Under the pieces are notes generated by a model, which saw only the letters and a list, made by a program, of their open reading frames with translations, had not been told where the DNA came from and did no database searches. Shown here in pieces: positions 10,796-21,900 of a stretch of 64,000 bases of DNA (position 1 is its first letter; the number at the start of each line of letters is the position of its first letter). The DNA lies in the NCBI GenBank assembly GCA_937625935.1, contig OW569347.1, positions 372,001 through 436,000 on the forward strand, written 5' to 3'. The translations under genes and the position numbers were made by a program. This DNA is from Tetramitus jugosus (taxonomy: Eukaryota; Protista; Heterolobosea).

Positions 10796-10860
10796 GGGAC
10801 GAACGGTCATTGAGAAAGTTCAAATATTTAATCACTTTTTCAACTAAGTATGTCAGTAAA

Positions 10861-13800
10861 TTACGATGACTTCGGCTTTGAGAAATAATCTGCAATATTG
10901 TTACTCACGATATTGCTTCTTGCCTTCTTTGGGTTGATGGAATCCTCGTTCTCCTTGTTGGGATTATCCTTTCTCTTTCTGCTGGGATTAGGACTATAGG
11001 TTATCCTTTTCTTGAGCTCAGATTTCGCGGTTGACGAAGTTAGAATGTTCTTCGTTCTGCTTGGAGTTGTTGGAATATTGTCCTCTTCGTCATCCTCGTC
11101 ATCACTATCATCATCTGTGGGTGCAAGAGATTGACGTTTACGGACTACCCTTCTCCTTCTTGGTGTTGGTGGTAGCTCAGAGGCTTCTTCATTTGATTCA
11201 CTCACTGAATCGTCACTGTCACTGGGTAGACCTGCAACAGTGTCAATAATACACTGATAAACCTTGAATAAAGCTCTCGGTTGTTGTTGCATAGTTAATC
11301 CATTCTCACAAACCAATTGTTGTTTGTCAGACTTGTAAACAATTTCGTCAATTTGTTTCCTCGCAAGAACCTTGGTCACCTTCCTTCTCTTGCTCTTGGG
11401 TTGTGTGAACGAAGTCATAAAGTCATCGACAAGTTTTTGCTTTCCTCCCTCATACCCATTAGCAACAAAGTTAACCAATTGCTGAATTGAGGAGTTGCAA
11501 ATATATTGTTTCCAGACTATACGACTTTCTTCTTGTTCGCGCAGGCACTCATCTGGAATTTTATGTTCGGCAAGTACTGAGTGATTGGTTTCCTTCCTTT
11601 TGATTTCTGGCTTCTTCAACAAGTCGGAAGTATCCTTGCTGTTCGAGAACCATGATAGATCACTGAAGTCAACTGGTTCAGTAGTGTCTATCGGTTGTAT
11701 GGACTCTAGCTTGTGCATTCTCTCATCATTGTAGAAGAAGTGTTGAGTATCCAGTGTGATCAACTCTATACCACCTCGACCTCTCTTCCTAACACTCTTT
11801 CGTTTAAGTTCAATGTTTTCCTCTCTATCAAACTTCTTTCTTTTCATTTTGGCTCCACTGACCTCCATTGCACAGTCCTCATCTACACCATCTTCCTCAT
11901 CATCTTCATCGTCGTTGCCAGACACATAGCCATCGTGAACCACAAAGTCATGATCTTCATCTTCATCGTAATCTTCGAATCCAAGAAGTGGCTCCTCGTC
12001 TTCTTCATCGTCATCCAAAATATCTTCACCTTCAATGTCATCATCATTCTCCTCTTCATCTGCACTTTCGTAACAAGGTTCATCATAATCTACTTCTGTT
12101 TGGAATGTTTTCCAGCATTGACGGGCGATAGTCTTTGCATTGAATCGTTCTACAGAAGGGTTCGAATTCATAGATCTCATCTTCTTCACATACAATATTT
12201 TTTCGGTTGCAGGTCCAGATCTACTATAGACATACAGGCCAGTTCTCTTATTTATGTTACTCCAATTCTTTGGTAGGAGTTGCCTTTGCTTTATGTCGTC
12301 GAGGAAAGAACTTAATGTCACACTCGGTGATGTTCCATCACTATGGTTGTTCTGTAGAGCCAGATCAATCTCAGCTTCCGACAAAACATTCAACTGCAAT
12401 GTTTTCTTGGTGATGTTGACCGTTGTATTCTGCTCAACAATTTTCATCTTGGTAGCAAACTTTGAGATGTCCATCATAGAGGGTTTCTTTTTCTCTGTTT
12501 GTTGTTGTACCTGTTGTGTAGATGCTTGTTGAGTCTGTTCAACCGTTTGTGCAAGATTCTTCTTCTTTTGTTCCTTCTCTTCCATCTTCTTTAATTTCTC
12601 TTCTTGTTTCGCTTGGAGCACCTGTTGCTTCTGAACTTGAGTACCCATTTTGGTCTCCAATTTCTGCAATTCTTTCTTGCACTTCATCACATCCTTGTGC
12701 ATGTTCCTCAACACCTTACGAACGTTCTTACTCTCCTTTCTTCTCTCTTTCAAAGGATCTCTCAATTCTTTTGGCAAGTGAGTCAAATGGATGACCTCTC
12801 TTCTGAACAGAGAGTATTCTGGTGCATCAGCAACACCATAGTTCTCCAAAGTTGAGATGACATCAATCTTGGCCTTCAGTAATTCACGAGGAAAATTGAA
12901 TTGAGTTAGACAAGTGGGCACGGATGATGCCTTGGCACTCTTCTTCTGAGATTGTGTACTCTTTGAAGACTCTGTACTTTGGTTAGATGAGTCAGTTGAA
13001 GGCACGACTGTATTCTCCGTAGAGTCAGCATTGGTGGTTGTTGCATCTTTCGATTCCTTCTTCTTTCTTCTTCTCCTTCTGACAGTAGTGTCATCGGATG
13101 AAGCATCCTCGTTTTCGTCATCTGGAGCCGCCGAAGAAGAAACGATAGTCATCCACTGTTTCATAATCTTGTCAGTCAACACATCAATATCCGGTTCAGT
13201 ATCATCCTGGAGATACGCTGTCAACAACTTTGTATAACTATCAGGGAACGTACTCAAAGAGGATCCAGCAGTGGAAGCATCAGCAATAGTAGCAGTCGCC
13301 ATAGTGTTTGCCGATTGCTCTGTCTGTAATTGAATCAGTTGAGATTGAGTCATTTCATGATTCTTCAACTCCACGCTCACATTTTTCATTTGACTTAACA
13401 AGTGAAACTGTTTCTGAAACTCTTGTTCCTTTTGTTCAAATTCACTCCTGGCAGCATTAATCTTTGTGTCCAATTCTGAGATACTGTTGTGATTTGGAGT
13501 AGAGAGTTCAGAGCCATCATTCATTCTTCTCTTCTTTTTCAATGGACTGGACAACACTGAGTGACTCGGATTGTCTCCTTCGTTGACTAAACTTGTCACA
13601 ACTGGATCTGCAAGAAACACTGCTTGTTGATCCACTGGTGTATGAGGTGAGGTGGCATCATCGCTCTTCACCATATTGGTCATGTCATCAGCCTCTTCAA
13701 GTACAAGTTGTTTCGGTTTCAATGACTCTCTTCTTCTCTTGTTTTGTTGCTGTTGTGGAGCAACTTCATTTTCACTCTTTTTGTTTACAATTTTATTGGG

Positions 13801-13872
13801 AGAAAAGAAACTGATTAGCGATTTCTGTATGACAGAGGTGCTACCGACGGCAGCTGATTTGGTCTGTGTCAT
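10861..13872 (-). CDS. CHAF1A: Chromatin assembly factor 1 large subunit (p150/Cac1/FAS1)-like
   Basis: N-terminal PIP box QKSLISFF, K/E/Q-rich coiled coil (KER-like), acidic block VDYDE…EGEDI…DFVVHDGYVS matching CAF1A 'DYE..DSD..E…FFVPHGYLS', and a C-terminal winged-helix-like segment. First ATG is at 13872. Confidence 0.75.
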   Translation of the reverse strand: MTQTKSAAVGSTSVIQKSLISFFSPNKIVNKKSENEVAPQQQQNKRRRESLKPKQLVLEEADDMTNMVKSDDATSPHTPVDQQAVFLADPVVTSLVNEGDNPSHSVLSSPLKKKRRMNDGSELSTPNHNSISELDTKINAARSEFEQKEQEFQKQFHLLSQMKNVSVELKNHEMTQSQLIQLQTEQSANTMATATIADASTAGSSLSTFPDSYTKLLTAYLQDDTEPDIDVLTDKIMKQWMTIVSSSAAPDDENEDASSDDTTVRRRRRKKKESKDATTTNADSTENTVVPSTDSSNQSTESSKSTQSQKKSAKASSVPTCLTQFNFPRELLKAKIDVISTLENYGVADAPEYSLFRREVIHLTHLPKELRDPLKERRKESKNVRKVLRNMHKDVMKCKKELQKLETKMGTQVQKQQVLQAKQEEKLKKMEEKEQKKKNLAQTVEQTQQASTQQVQQQTEKKKPSMMDISKFATKMKIVEQNTTVNITKKTLQLNVLSEAEIDLALQNNHSDGTSPSVTLSSFLDDIKQRQLLPKNWSNINKRTGLYVYSRSGPATEKILYVKKMRSMNSNPSVERFNAKTIARQCWKTFQTEVDYDEPCYESADEEENDDDIEGEDILDDDEEDEEPLLGFEDYDEDEDHDFVVHDGYVSGNDDEDDEEDGVDEDCAMEVSGAKMKRKKFDREENIELKRKSVRKRGRGGIELITLDTQHFFYNDERMHKLESIQPIDTTEPVDFSDLSWFSNSKDTSDLLKKPEIKRKETNHSVLAEHKIPDECLREQEESRIVWKQYICNSSIQQLVNFVANGYEGGKQKLVDDFMTSFTQPKSKRRKVTKVLARKQIDEIVYKSDKQQLVCENGLTMQQQPRALFKVYQCIIDTVAGLPSDSDDSVSESNEEASELPPTPRRRRVVRKRQSLAPTDDDSDDEDDEEDNIPTTPSRTKNILTSSTAKSELKKRITYSPNPSRKRKDNPNKENEDSINPKKARSNIVSNNIADYFSKPKSS

Positions 13873-14034
13873 CAATAGGATCTGTGCCGCCACTCAAAAG
13901 ATGGTTATATTATGTGTGTCAATGTGTTTCTTTTGACAGACGTGTCTGATAATTTCTATTCACCCAAACAAAATTATTTTTTTGTTCTAACGGTAACAGA
14001 TTTGTAGTAAATGGCGCCCATCGGACATTTAAAA

Positions 14035-17000
14035 TCACGAGGGAGATTCTTTATTGGGCGTTTGTGCTGCTGTCTGTGGTTGAGCAGTGGTGGATGTTGG
14101 GGTGCCAGATGCTTGGAGTTGAATGTTCATTTGTTGTGCCCAATCTCTCTTCTTTCGAGCAACAACCCAGAAAGGTTCCGATTCGAAAACGACCGTGCCA
14201 TCCTTTAGTACTTCAGAGGTAGGTTGAGTGCTCGAGTTTGATGATGGTGTTGGAAGTGACATGGGAGATGATGCAGTGCCGGAGTCATCACCACTTCCAA
14301 TTCGGGGACTAGGTGTTGTAGGTGTTGTTGTGGTGGTAGTGCTGTTGTTGGTACTGCTCCGTTTCGAGTTGTAAATGACCTGGAATTTGAAGGGCTTTCT
14401 GTGAAAATGGAAGGAACAGACTTTAAACATGATCCGCCATTCAACCTCACGATAGTGCATTGGGAACATTGTTCTTAAATACTTTACAACCTCGACTGCA
14501 GCATTCACAGGCACCCACTGACTCACACTGACTGGCGTCGTAGATGAGTCCGTGGAAGCATGGTTGTGATTTGGAGCAGATTCTCGAACACTCGCATCAC
14601 TCATTTGTGTTTGATTGCTACCGTTTTGATTCAGAATGTTTTGTTGATGATTGGTGCTCTGGGGATGATTGGTTGCAATATTGATATTTTCAATGAGTAG
14701 TTGGAATTGGAAGTGATCTTCATGGAATTGGTTGGAATAGTGTAAAAGTGGCACTCTGAGTAATATGTCGTACTTGTACGGCGATGAGCATAATTCTTCT
14801 GGGCAGAAGGAGATATATGTCCTCTTCTTACGACTTGGCTTAATAAATAGTTCCATGGCTTGTTCTTTCATTGTCAATGTCTTTATCACTGTGGCAGGTT
14901 GTTGAGTTGTGGCTGTTGTTGCATTTGCACTAGTGTTACTGGTACCAGACAACGCACCGTTCATTGCCGTGATGAGGTTGCTGTTTGACAATGTTGATGA
15001 TGATGACGATGATGATACAGTATGGATAGCAGCGGAAGATAGTCTACGCTTACCGGTCGTAGAGCTGGACTTGGTGCTTGATGATTTCGTGGTATTATTT
15101 TTGCCCCTCCCACTATTATTGTTATTGTTAATATTGTTGTTGTTGTTATTAGTTGCTTGTTGTTGCTTTGCCCGTCCTGATGTTGATGAAGTGGTGGATG
15201 TTGTGATTGTGGAGTGATGATTCACTCCTGACTGTGCCTGACTGTTGTTGTTTTGACGATTGTCAAAGGTGGTGGTGGTAGTGGTAGTAGTGGTGGTGGA
15301 TGATTCGGCATCATTCTTATCAATCTGTTGGTGATTGTTCTTTGGATGATTCATATGGATCAACGTACGACATGCCATACGATTCATCTCGTGCTCAATC
15401 ATTGGTATGAGTGCAGAGGAAGAAGAGTTGTGTTGAAGTGCATACTTGTTTGCCAGGTCTAATCCTGTGTGTAAATGAATGTTTCGTCTCATGGGACTCG
15501 CACCATGATCCAACAATAATTTGGCCGTGGAGCAATGACCATTGAAACATGCCCAGTGGAAAGGAGTGTACAAGAAGTGATCCACACAATCAACAACACT
15601 ACCAATAGAATCAGCATGAGTTGCATTGTCACTCTCATTACCGTTGTTGTTGTTGTTGTTGTGATTCTTGAGAGGAGAGTATGATTTCTGACCAGAGGAG
15701 ACACCACCAGCAGAGGAACAAGAATGCAGTAGAAGATACTGAGTCAAGAGGTCAAATCCATAAAATGAAGCAGTGTGAAGCAACTTGAAACCACAAGAGT
15801 CTTCCAGCGTGAAATGGATCCATTCGTGATGATGGTGATGGTGATGACGATGACTTGTCATTTTCATTCTCTTTCTACTGTGATGTTCACAACCATCATC
15901 ATCATCACTACTCTTGTGATCAACATGATTGTTCATATCATCATTGTGTTGTACGCTCACATCATTCACCATATCACTTGCATGAGATGAAGCACTATGA
16001 TAGTGAGATGATTTTGAGAATAAATAGCTGGATTGAGTGTTAAACTGAGATTGCAAACACTTGAGTTGTTGTTCTTGTTGCTCCAGTGATAGCAGACTGT
16101 TGAACAGAGGTATTCCACCACTGCCACTACTACCATGATCATCTACTTTGCTCTTGTGAGTTGTTTCCAGCAACAACAACCTATTGTCACTCGTCGAGTG
16201 GTTGTTACTTGTTGTTGAGACACAACAAGTGTGAGTAGGGTTGGATGACGAAGAGCGATGAAGAATCGGTGTCATGAAATGACTATTCTTTTGAATACAA
16301 GTGATTTGATCACGTGTCCTCAACCTGGATGGATCATCATCTTCACTACTACTACTACTACTACCATTGCTACTACTACCACTATTATTACTATTATTAT
16401 TATTATTATTATTATTACAGTTCTTATGATTATTGTGATTTTGAATCATAATTTTTAAATGATCAATAAACAGTTGAGTATAATAGGGATGATTCATGAC
16501 TGTAGACACATCAAAGTACACATCAGTCTTTTGTCTACCTGGGGTTACAAAAAAGTCATAATCAAATGGCAGTATATGAGTGATCCATTCATCATCATCA
16601 TCATCATCATCATCATTGAAGTCTCTCTTCTTATGCTTACTGTTATTGTGGATCATTGATGATGATGATTGGTCATGTGATACAGTTGTACATGTAGCTT
16701 GTTGTTGTGCATGTTGTTCAATTGTCATGACTACAACCTTGTTGTGTTCTGAAGAAGAAGAATTCTGCACAACACTCTTGTGAATATTCTTCATCCTATG
16801 ATTCATCATTGAATGATTGCTCTTGTCCATCATGCGACAAGCACCATCATCATTATCACCATTATCACAATGTACAGCAACAGGAATTAATAATTCTCCT
16901 ACTTTTGAGAATGACATGTAATTACCAATGTGACAATGGAGTTTCATTCGATAGTACATTGTTGTTGTTGTTGTTGGTGATGACATGTTTTGACTTGGAT

Positions 17001-18051
17001 GATGATGATGATGATTCTTGATCATTTTCATTTGATTAAATTGAGCTCTCATGAATTGATTATGATTACTACTATTACTACTATTATTATTATTATTATT
17101 ATTACTATTATTACTATTGTTGCTACCATTACTAATGTGACTATCGTTATTATTATTATTAGTATTATTAGTACTGTTGTTGTTGTTGTTGTTAGAGGAT
17201 ACAATTTTCAAATAATTCATATTGTTTCTTGTCAATTCATGATGAATCATCACACTACCACTTGTATTCATAGTGGTAGAATTGGTAGTATTCGTAGTAG
17301 TATTCGTAGTAGTATTATTAGTATTAGTAGTATTAGTAGTATTAGTATTATTAGTAGTAGTAGATGTTGTTGTATCATTGTTGAATGATTGTTCTGATGG
17401 AGGTTGTTGTTGCTGTTGTTGTGATTGATGATGATGATGATTGGATGATGAAATGATGGGCACCAATTCCACATGAAATCTCACCACTTGTTCAAATTGA
17501 CTCAACTCGTGAACAAATTGCTTTGTATGTGACTGCAATAGACATTGTCTATTGAATTGAACATGATGATACTTTTCAATTGTGTTCAACAAGTGATTTC
17601 CATGTTGATTACTACCATTCTTATTACTATTATGTTGATTGTTAGTATGATGACTGCTAGCATTCTGTTGTTGTTGTTGTTGTTGTTGATTGGATGATGA
17701 TGATGATGATGATGATGTCAATTGATAAATCATGTACATGATGAATGCCTTTAATTGTAACAGTGGTAAATGAGCCTTGAATTCCAATGACAAGACTGAA
17801 TCTGCTTCTTCTGCTTGTTCTATTTGTTGTTCTATTTGTTGTTGTTGTTGTTGTTCATTCGTATTATGATTCAAATGATTCAAATGATTCTTGTGATTGG
17901 ATTCATGAGTGATTTGTAATTCTGGTATTTGAATCATTTGATAGAGACACAGTAGATATTGACAAAAGAGTTGATTATTGTTCATGTAGCATGATGTGAA
18001 ATTGTTGAGTGATGATATCAATTTTTGTAAAATGTCCATTGTTGATGATGA

Positions 18052-18082
<31 letters not shown>

Positions 18083-18555
18083 GATAATGTTGTTGTTGTT
18101 GAACATTGTTTCAAAATGTGATCCAATGGTGCATATTGATACAATGAATGAACAATGTATGATTTACACTGTTCTCTCATGAAATTCTCCACTACAATAT
18201 CAATGTTGTTATTACTATTACTATTATTACTATTACTATTGTTATTATTATGAGTATTATTATGAGTATTGTTATTATTGTTACTATTACTGGTATTATG
18301 ATGACTGGTATTCACATTGTGATGATGAGTAGTTGTTGTTGTTGTTGTAGTCATGTTGTGATGATCATTCAATGGAGTAGTCATTACAAATGTGTTCATT
18401 GTTGCTGTTGTTGCTGTTGTTGTTGTTGAAGAAGAAGAAGTGAATTGATCATGATGATGTTGAGGATGTTGATGGTGACCACCATTACCATCATTCTTCA
18501 TCTTATTCTCATCAGCAGCAACATTGTGTTGTTGTACTTGTTGTTGTGAAATCAT
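14035..18555 (-). CDS. Large low-complexity protein with ankyrin repeats and a C-terminal beta-rich domain; putative transcription factor
   Basis: Single ~1506-codon ORF from first ATG 18555. Ankyrin repeats GFKLLHTASFYGF, YTPFHWACFNGH and HTGLDLA lie at ~15440-15810; basic NLS-like motifs SRKKR and ARKKR. Confidence 0.8.
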
Positions 18556-18887
18556 TTTATTGAATTTTTGAAGAGCAAAGAGAGAGTGTGTGTGTGTGTG
18601 TGACAATGGTTGTTGTTGTTGTTGTTGTTGTTGTTGGATAAATAATAGATTTGGTTGGGTATATGATGAGAAGAATTGATGGTAGGTTGGCACTCACACT
18701 TCTTCACACCTGGTCAGGTCACAATGTTCTCTGTGTGTGTTTGTGTGTTAGTAGAGATGATGATGATGATGATGATGATTACGACGACTCCTCTCTTCTT
18801 CTTTGTGTGTGATAAAACATGTTCAAATTTCAAACATTGAAGTTTCAATCAAATTTTTTTCAATGATTGTCCGAAGGAGAACCTGCC

Positions 18888-18903
18888 GCTGGTGGTCACC
18901 AGC
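18888..18903. other. GC-rich hairpin just after the dynein stop codon
   Basis: GCTGGTG-GT-CACCAGC perfect inverted repeat in AT-rich context. Confidence 0.4.
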
Positions 18904-18918
18904 CCCGACCAGATTACT

Positions 18919-21900
18919 TTATTGACTGTCAGACAACAATAGGGCAGTGCCTCTCTTCACCCAATGAGAAGGAGGCTCGTTTCCACTCTTGAGCCCGATT
19001 GTGGTCACAAAAGAAGTGTGATCCTGTGTTCCACAACGCACAGGGAACATGTACAGTGGACAATTGTATGTTTCTTTGGAACTCTTCTTCTTGTTTGTGG
19101 TCAGTTGACTAATATGGACTGGTTTGCAGTGAATCACTGGCATTTCAGTTGTTAACTCCATGGGGTTGGGCTCGGCGAGACATCCGGCTGCACTGTCCCA
19201 TTTTGCTCCTTCAAGAATCATTCCTTTGACATAGACTCCATCCTTTGGTCTCTGATGAAGTGATGTATTGGGACTCATGACAACATACTCAAAAATCAAT
19301 TCATCTACAGCATATCTATGTGCTCTTGCCGTGCTCTGCTTGATGGCAGTTAAGAATCCAGATGGGAAGGTGAAGCCTGGCAACCAGAATACCGTTGGTT
19401 GTCCTCCCTCTGCCCAAGCCTTGAACTGATCTATGCGTTTCTGAAGATCTCTTATCCAAGAAGTGAGTTGCTTTTGAGATGGATAAGCGATGTTCCATGA
19501 TCGAGGAACTTTGTTGTCGTTAAGAGCATTACAAACAGACTCTAGCTCAGAATCCATCAGTATTTCTCCCTTAATGGCCTTCATCAAGTTCGTTAAACTT
19601 GTTCCCACAATCTCTAGTAAATGGTTGTATCGAACACTTTCCTGCATCAAAACGGTGCTCAAAGCAGAATCTTCCTGAGATTTAGCCTTCTCTAAATCAA
19701 TGGCTTCAGGAAGTCTATGGAGATGGATATCCTCTGCTGTGCGGAATACTTTTTGTTCAACGGATACGACATCTGTTGACTTACCATTGTTAGTTGTAGT
19801 CTTGGTTGCAGCAACAGAAGAGCCAACATTATGAGTAATCGATTGCAAGATTCCGAGAACATCTTGGGTTTGTTGAATCTGAGATGAAATATCAGCATTT
19901 GGATGTTGACCAAATGCCTCTGGATGATCGTCCGGCTTCATATTCTTAATAAATTCGAGATAACTCGATGAGTTTCCAACAGGTGGTATATGATAACTGG
20001 TATCAGTTGACAGGACATATCCATCTGAATCGATCACTTGTTGATTAAAGAATTGGTGGATGTAAACGTCCAATACTCTTCTATCCATATCATCTGTGAC
20101 CCGACCTCCATAATTCACTTCTGCAATCAGGTAGGTCAGTGCATCCCATGGTATTCTCTCGTATTTTCTCAGGTACATTTCCAAAATGTTCTCAGAAATA
20201 GACAAGTCTGAATCGTTGAAGTCGTAGGGTATATTCCACCCGAGAGAACCAAATTTTCTTCGCTCAAGCAAAACACTATGGAAGAACGCAAGAGAATATA
20301 GGAGCTTCTTGTACATTGGTGCTATGGTATCTGCTATTTCTTTGAATCGTTCTTCACTTACAAATGACCGATAGATTCTCTCCAAATTGCTTTGTAGGCC
20401 TTGTGGGGGTTCTGTAGTAATCTTTCTCGATCGTTGCAGTAGAGTAATGGGAAATTGATCGTGGGGTTTGCTAGAGAGCCACAGCCTAAAGTTAGGATTA
20501 GGAGGATCATCGTTGAATGATTCGATGATAACATCTAAGGAGGCCATCCATTTGATCATGAGGTGACAATTAGCCAAAAAGACCCAGTCTCCGCTCAACC
20601 TAGCATCTTGAATACATTTTTTGGCAAGAGGTTCTTGATCCTTACCCAGGGCTAGCGTAATCAAACGAATTCCTTTTTCCCTTGCAAATTTCTCAAGTTG
20701 TTTCTGAGGATCTACTCCAGGAGAAAGAATAAACATGAGGGGTGTGCCGCAAGTGGATCCATTCATAATATGAGATATTTCATTGATCGGGGGTTTAACA
20801 TACTTCTCAGATCCCATGTGTTCAGTGATAAACGATTTCATCATCAATCTAACTCTGTCTTCTCTCACGGATCGTACAAGCAAAATTTTTGCCCAATCAT
20901 TGATCTTGGACTGCCATTCACTTGGCACTTGTTGTGTCTCGGGTTTCATTGATCTATACCAATTTCTCCATTCTTCTCCATCCTCCTCGAAACTATTGGC
21001 AATTCCATGAAAGTTTGGTAGTTTGTTTAGTTCTGATATATTTTCCCATGCTTTGTCTGGTAACCATTTGCATGGATTAATAGGTTTTGTTCCAATAATT
21101 TGAGATCCTCTTATCAAGAAGTTGTACTCTTCCAAATTCAAGGTTCTATTTTCTTCCATGATTTTGATACACATATGGAAGGCGAACAGTAGTTTGTGTC
21201 TTTCAAAAAGTCCTTGACATGTCGTGCGATAAACTTCCAAAGTATGATGTTCGTTCAGTAGGTCAATTCTCTGCTTGATCATTTCTTGTTTTGGAGGTTT
21301 TTTGCTAGTGCTTATGCTCTGGTTGAAGAGATCAATGTATCCTTTCAGAGAAAATTGGTACATTGGATCGATTGCAGACATATCACAAAGAACAAAGTAT
21401 AACACGCTTGCCCTACTTGCAGCGCTCCTATACAGATTTCTAGCGACATCTATCTTGTTTTCAGTGTCCTGGGAGATAGAAAGTTGGACTTTGATTTCCT
21501 CCGATATCTTCTTTGATTGTTGGAGAGTGACAATTAAGCTCTCATCATCTAACAGGGCACTTCCGCTCGTTGTCGTTAGCAAACGAAGAGTTTCATCTTC
21601 TAGTTCCTCCATTTTGCGTTTTCCAGCAGCTACCTTCATCACAATTTCTGATTTTTGTTCTTCTAACTCCTTTCTTTCAGAAGACACAACAATACCCAAG
21701 AGCTGATCTTCGAGGCCCTGCTTTGTAACATTAAAATTAACTATTGTTGTCCTTGTTGAAATTTCTGGTTGATAGTGAGGGTTTTGAAGTTTTGTTGTGA
21801 GGTAGAGCTTAAAGTTCTTGTTGACAGTCACTTCAGTGTCCCCAAGCATCATAATTTCTCTGTTACCCTTTTTTAAAACCGCTCGGGACAATACTGGTTC

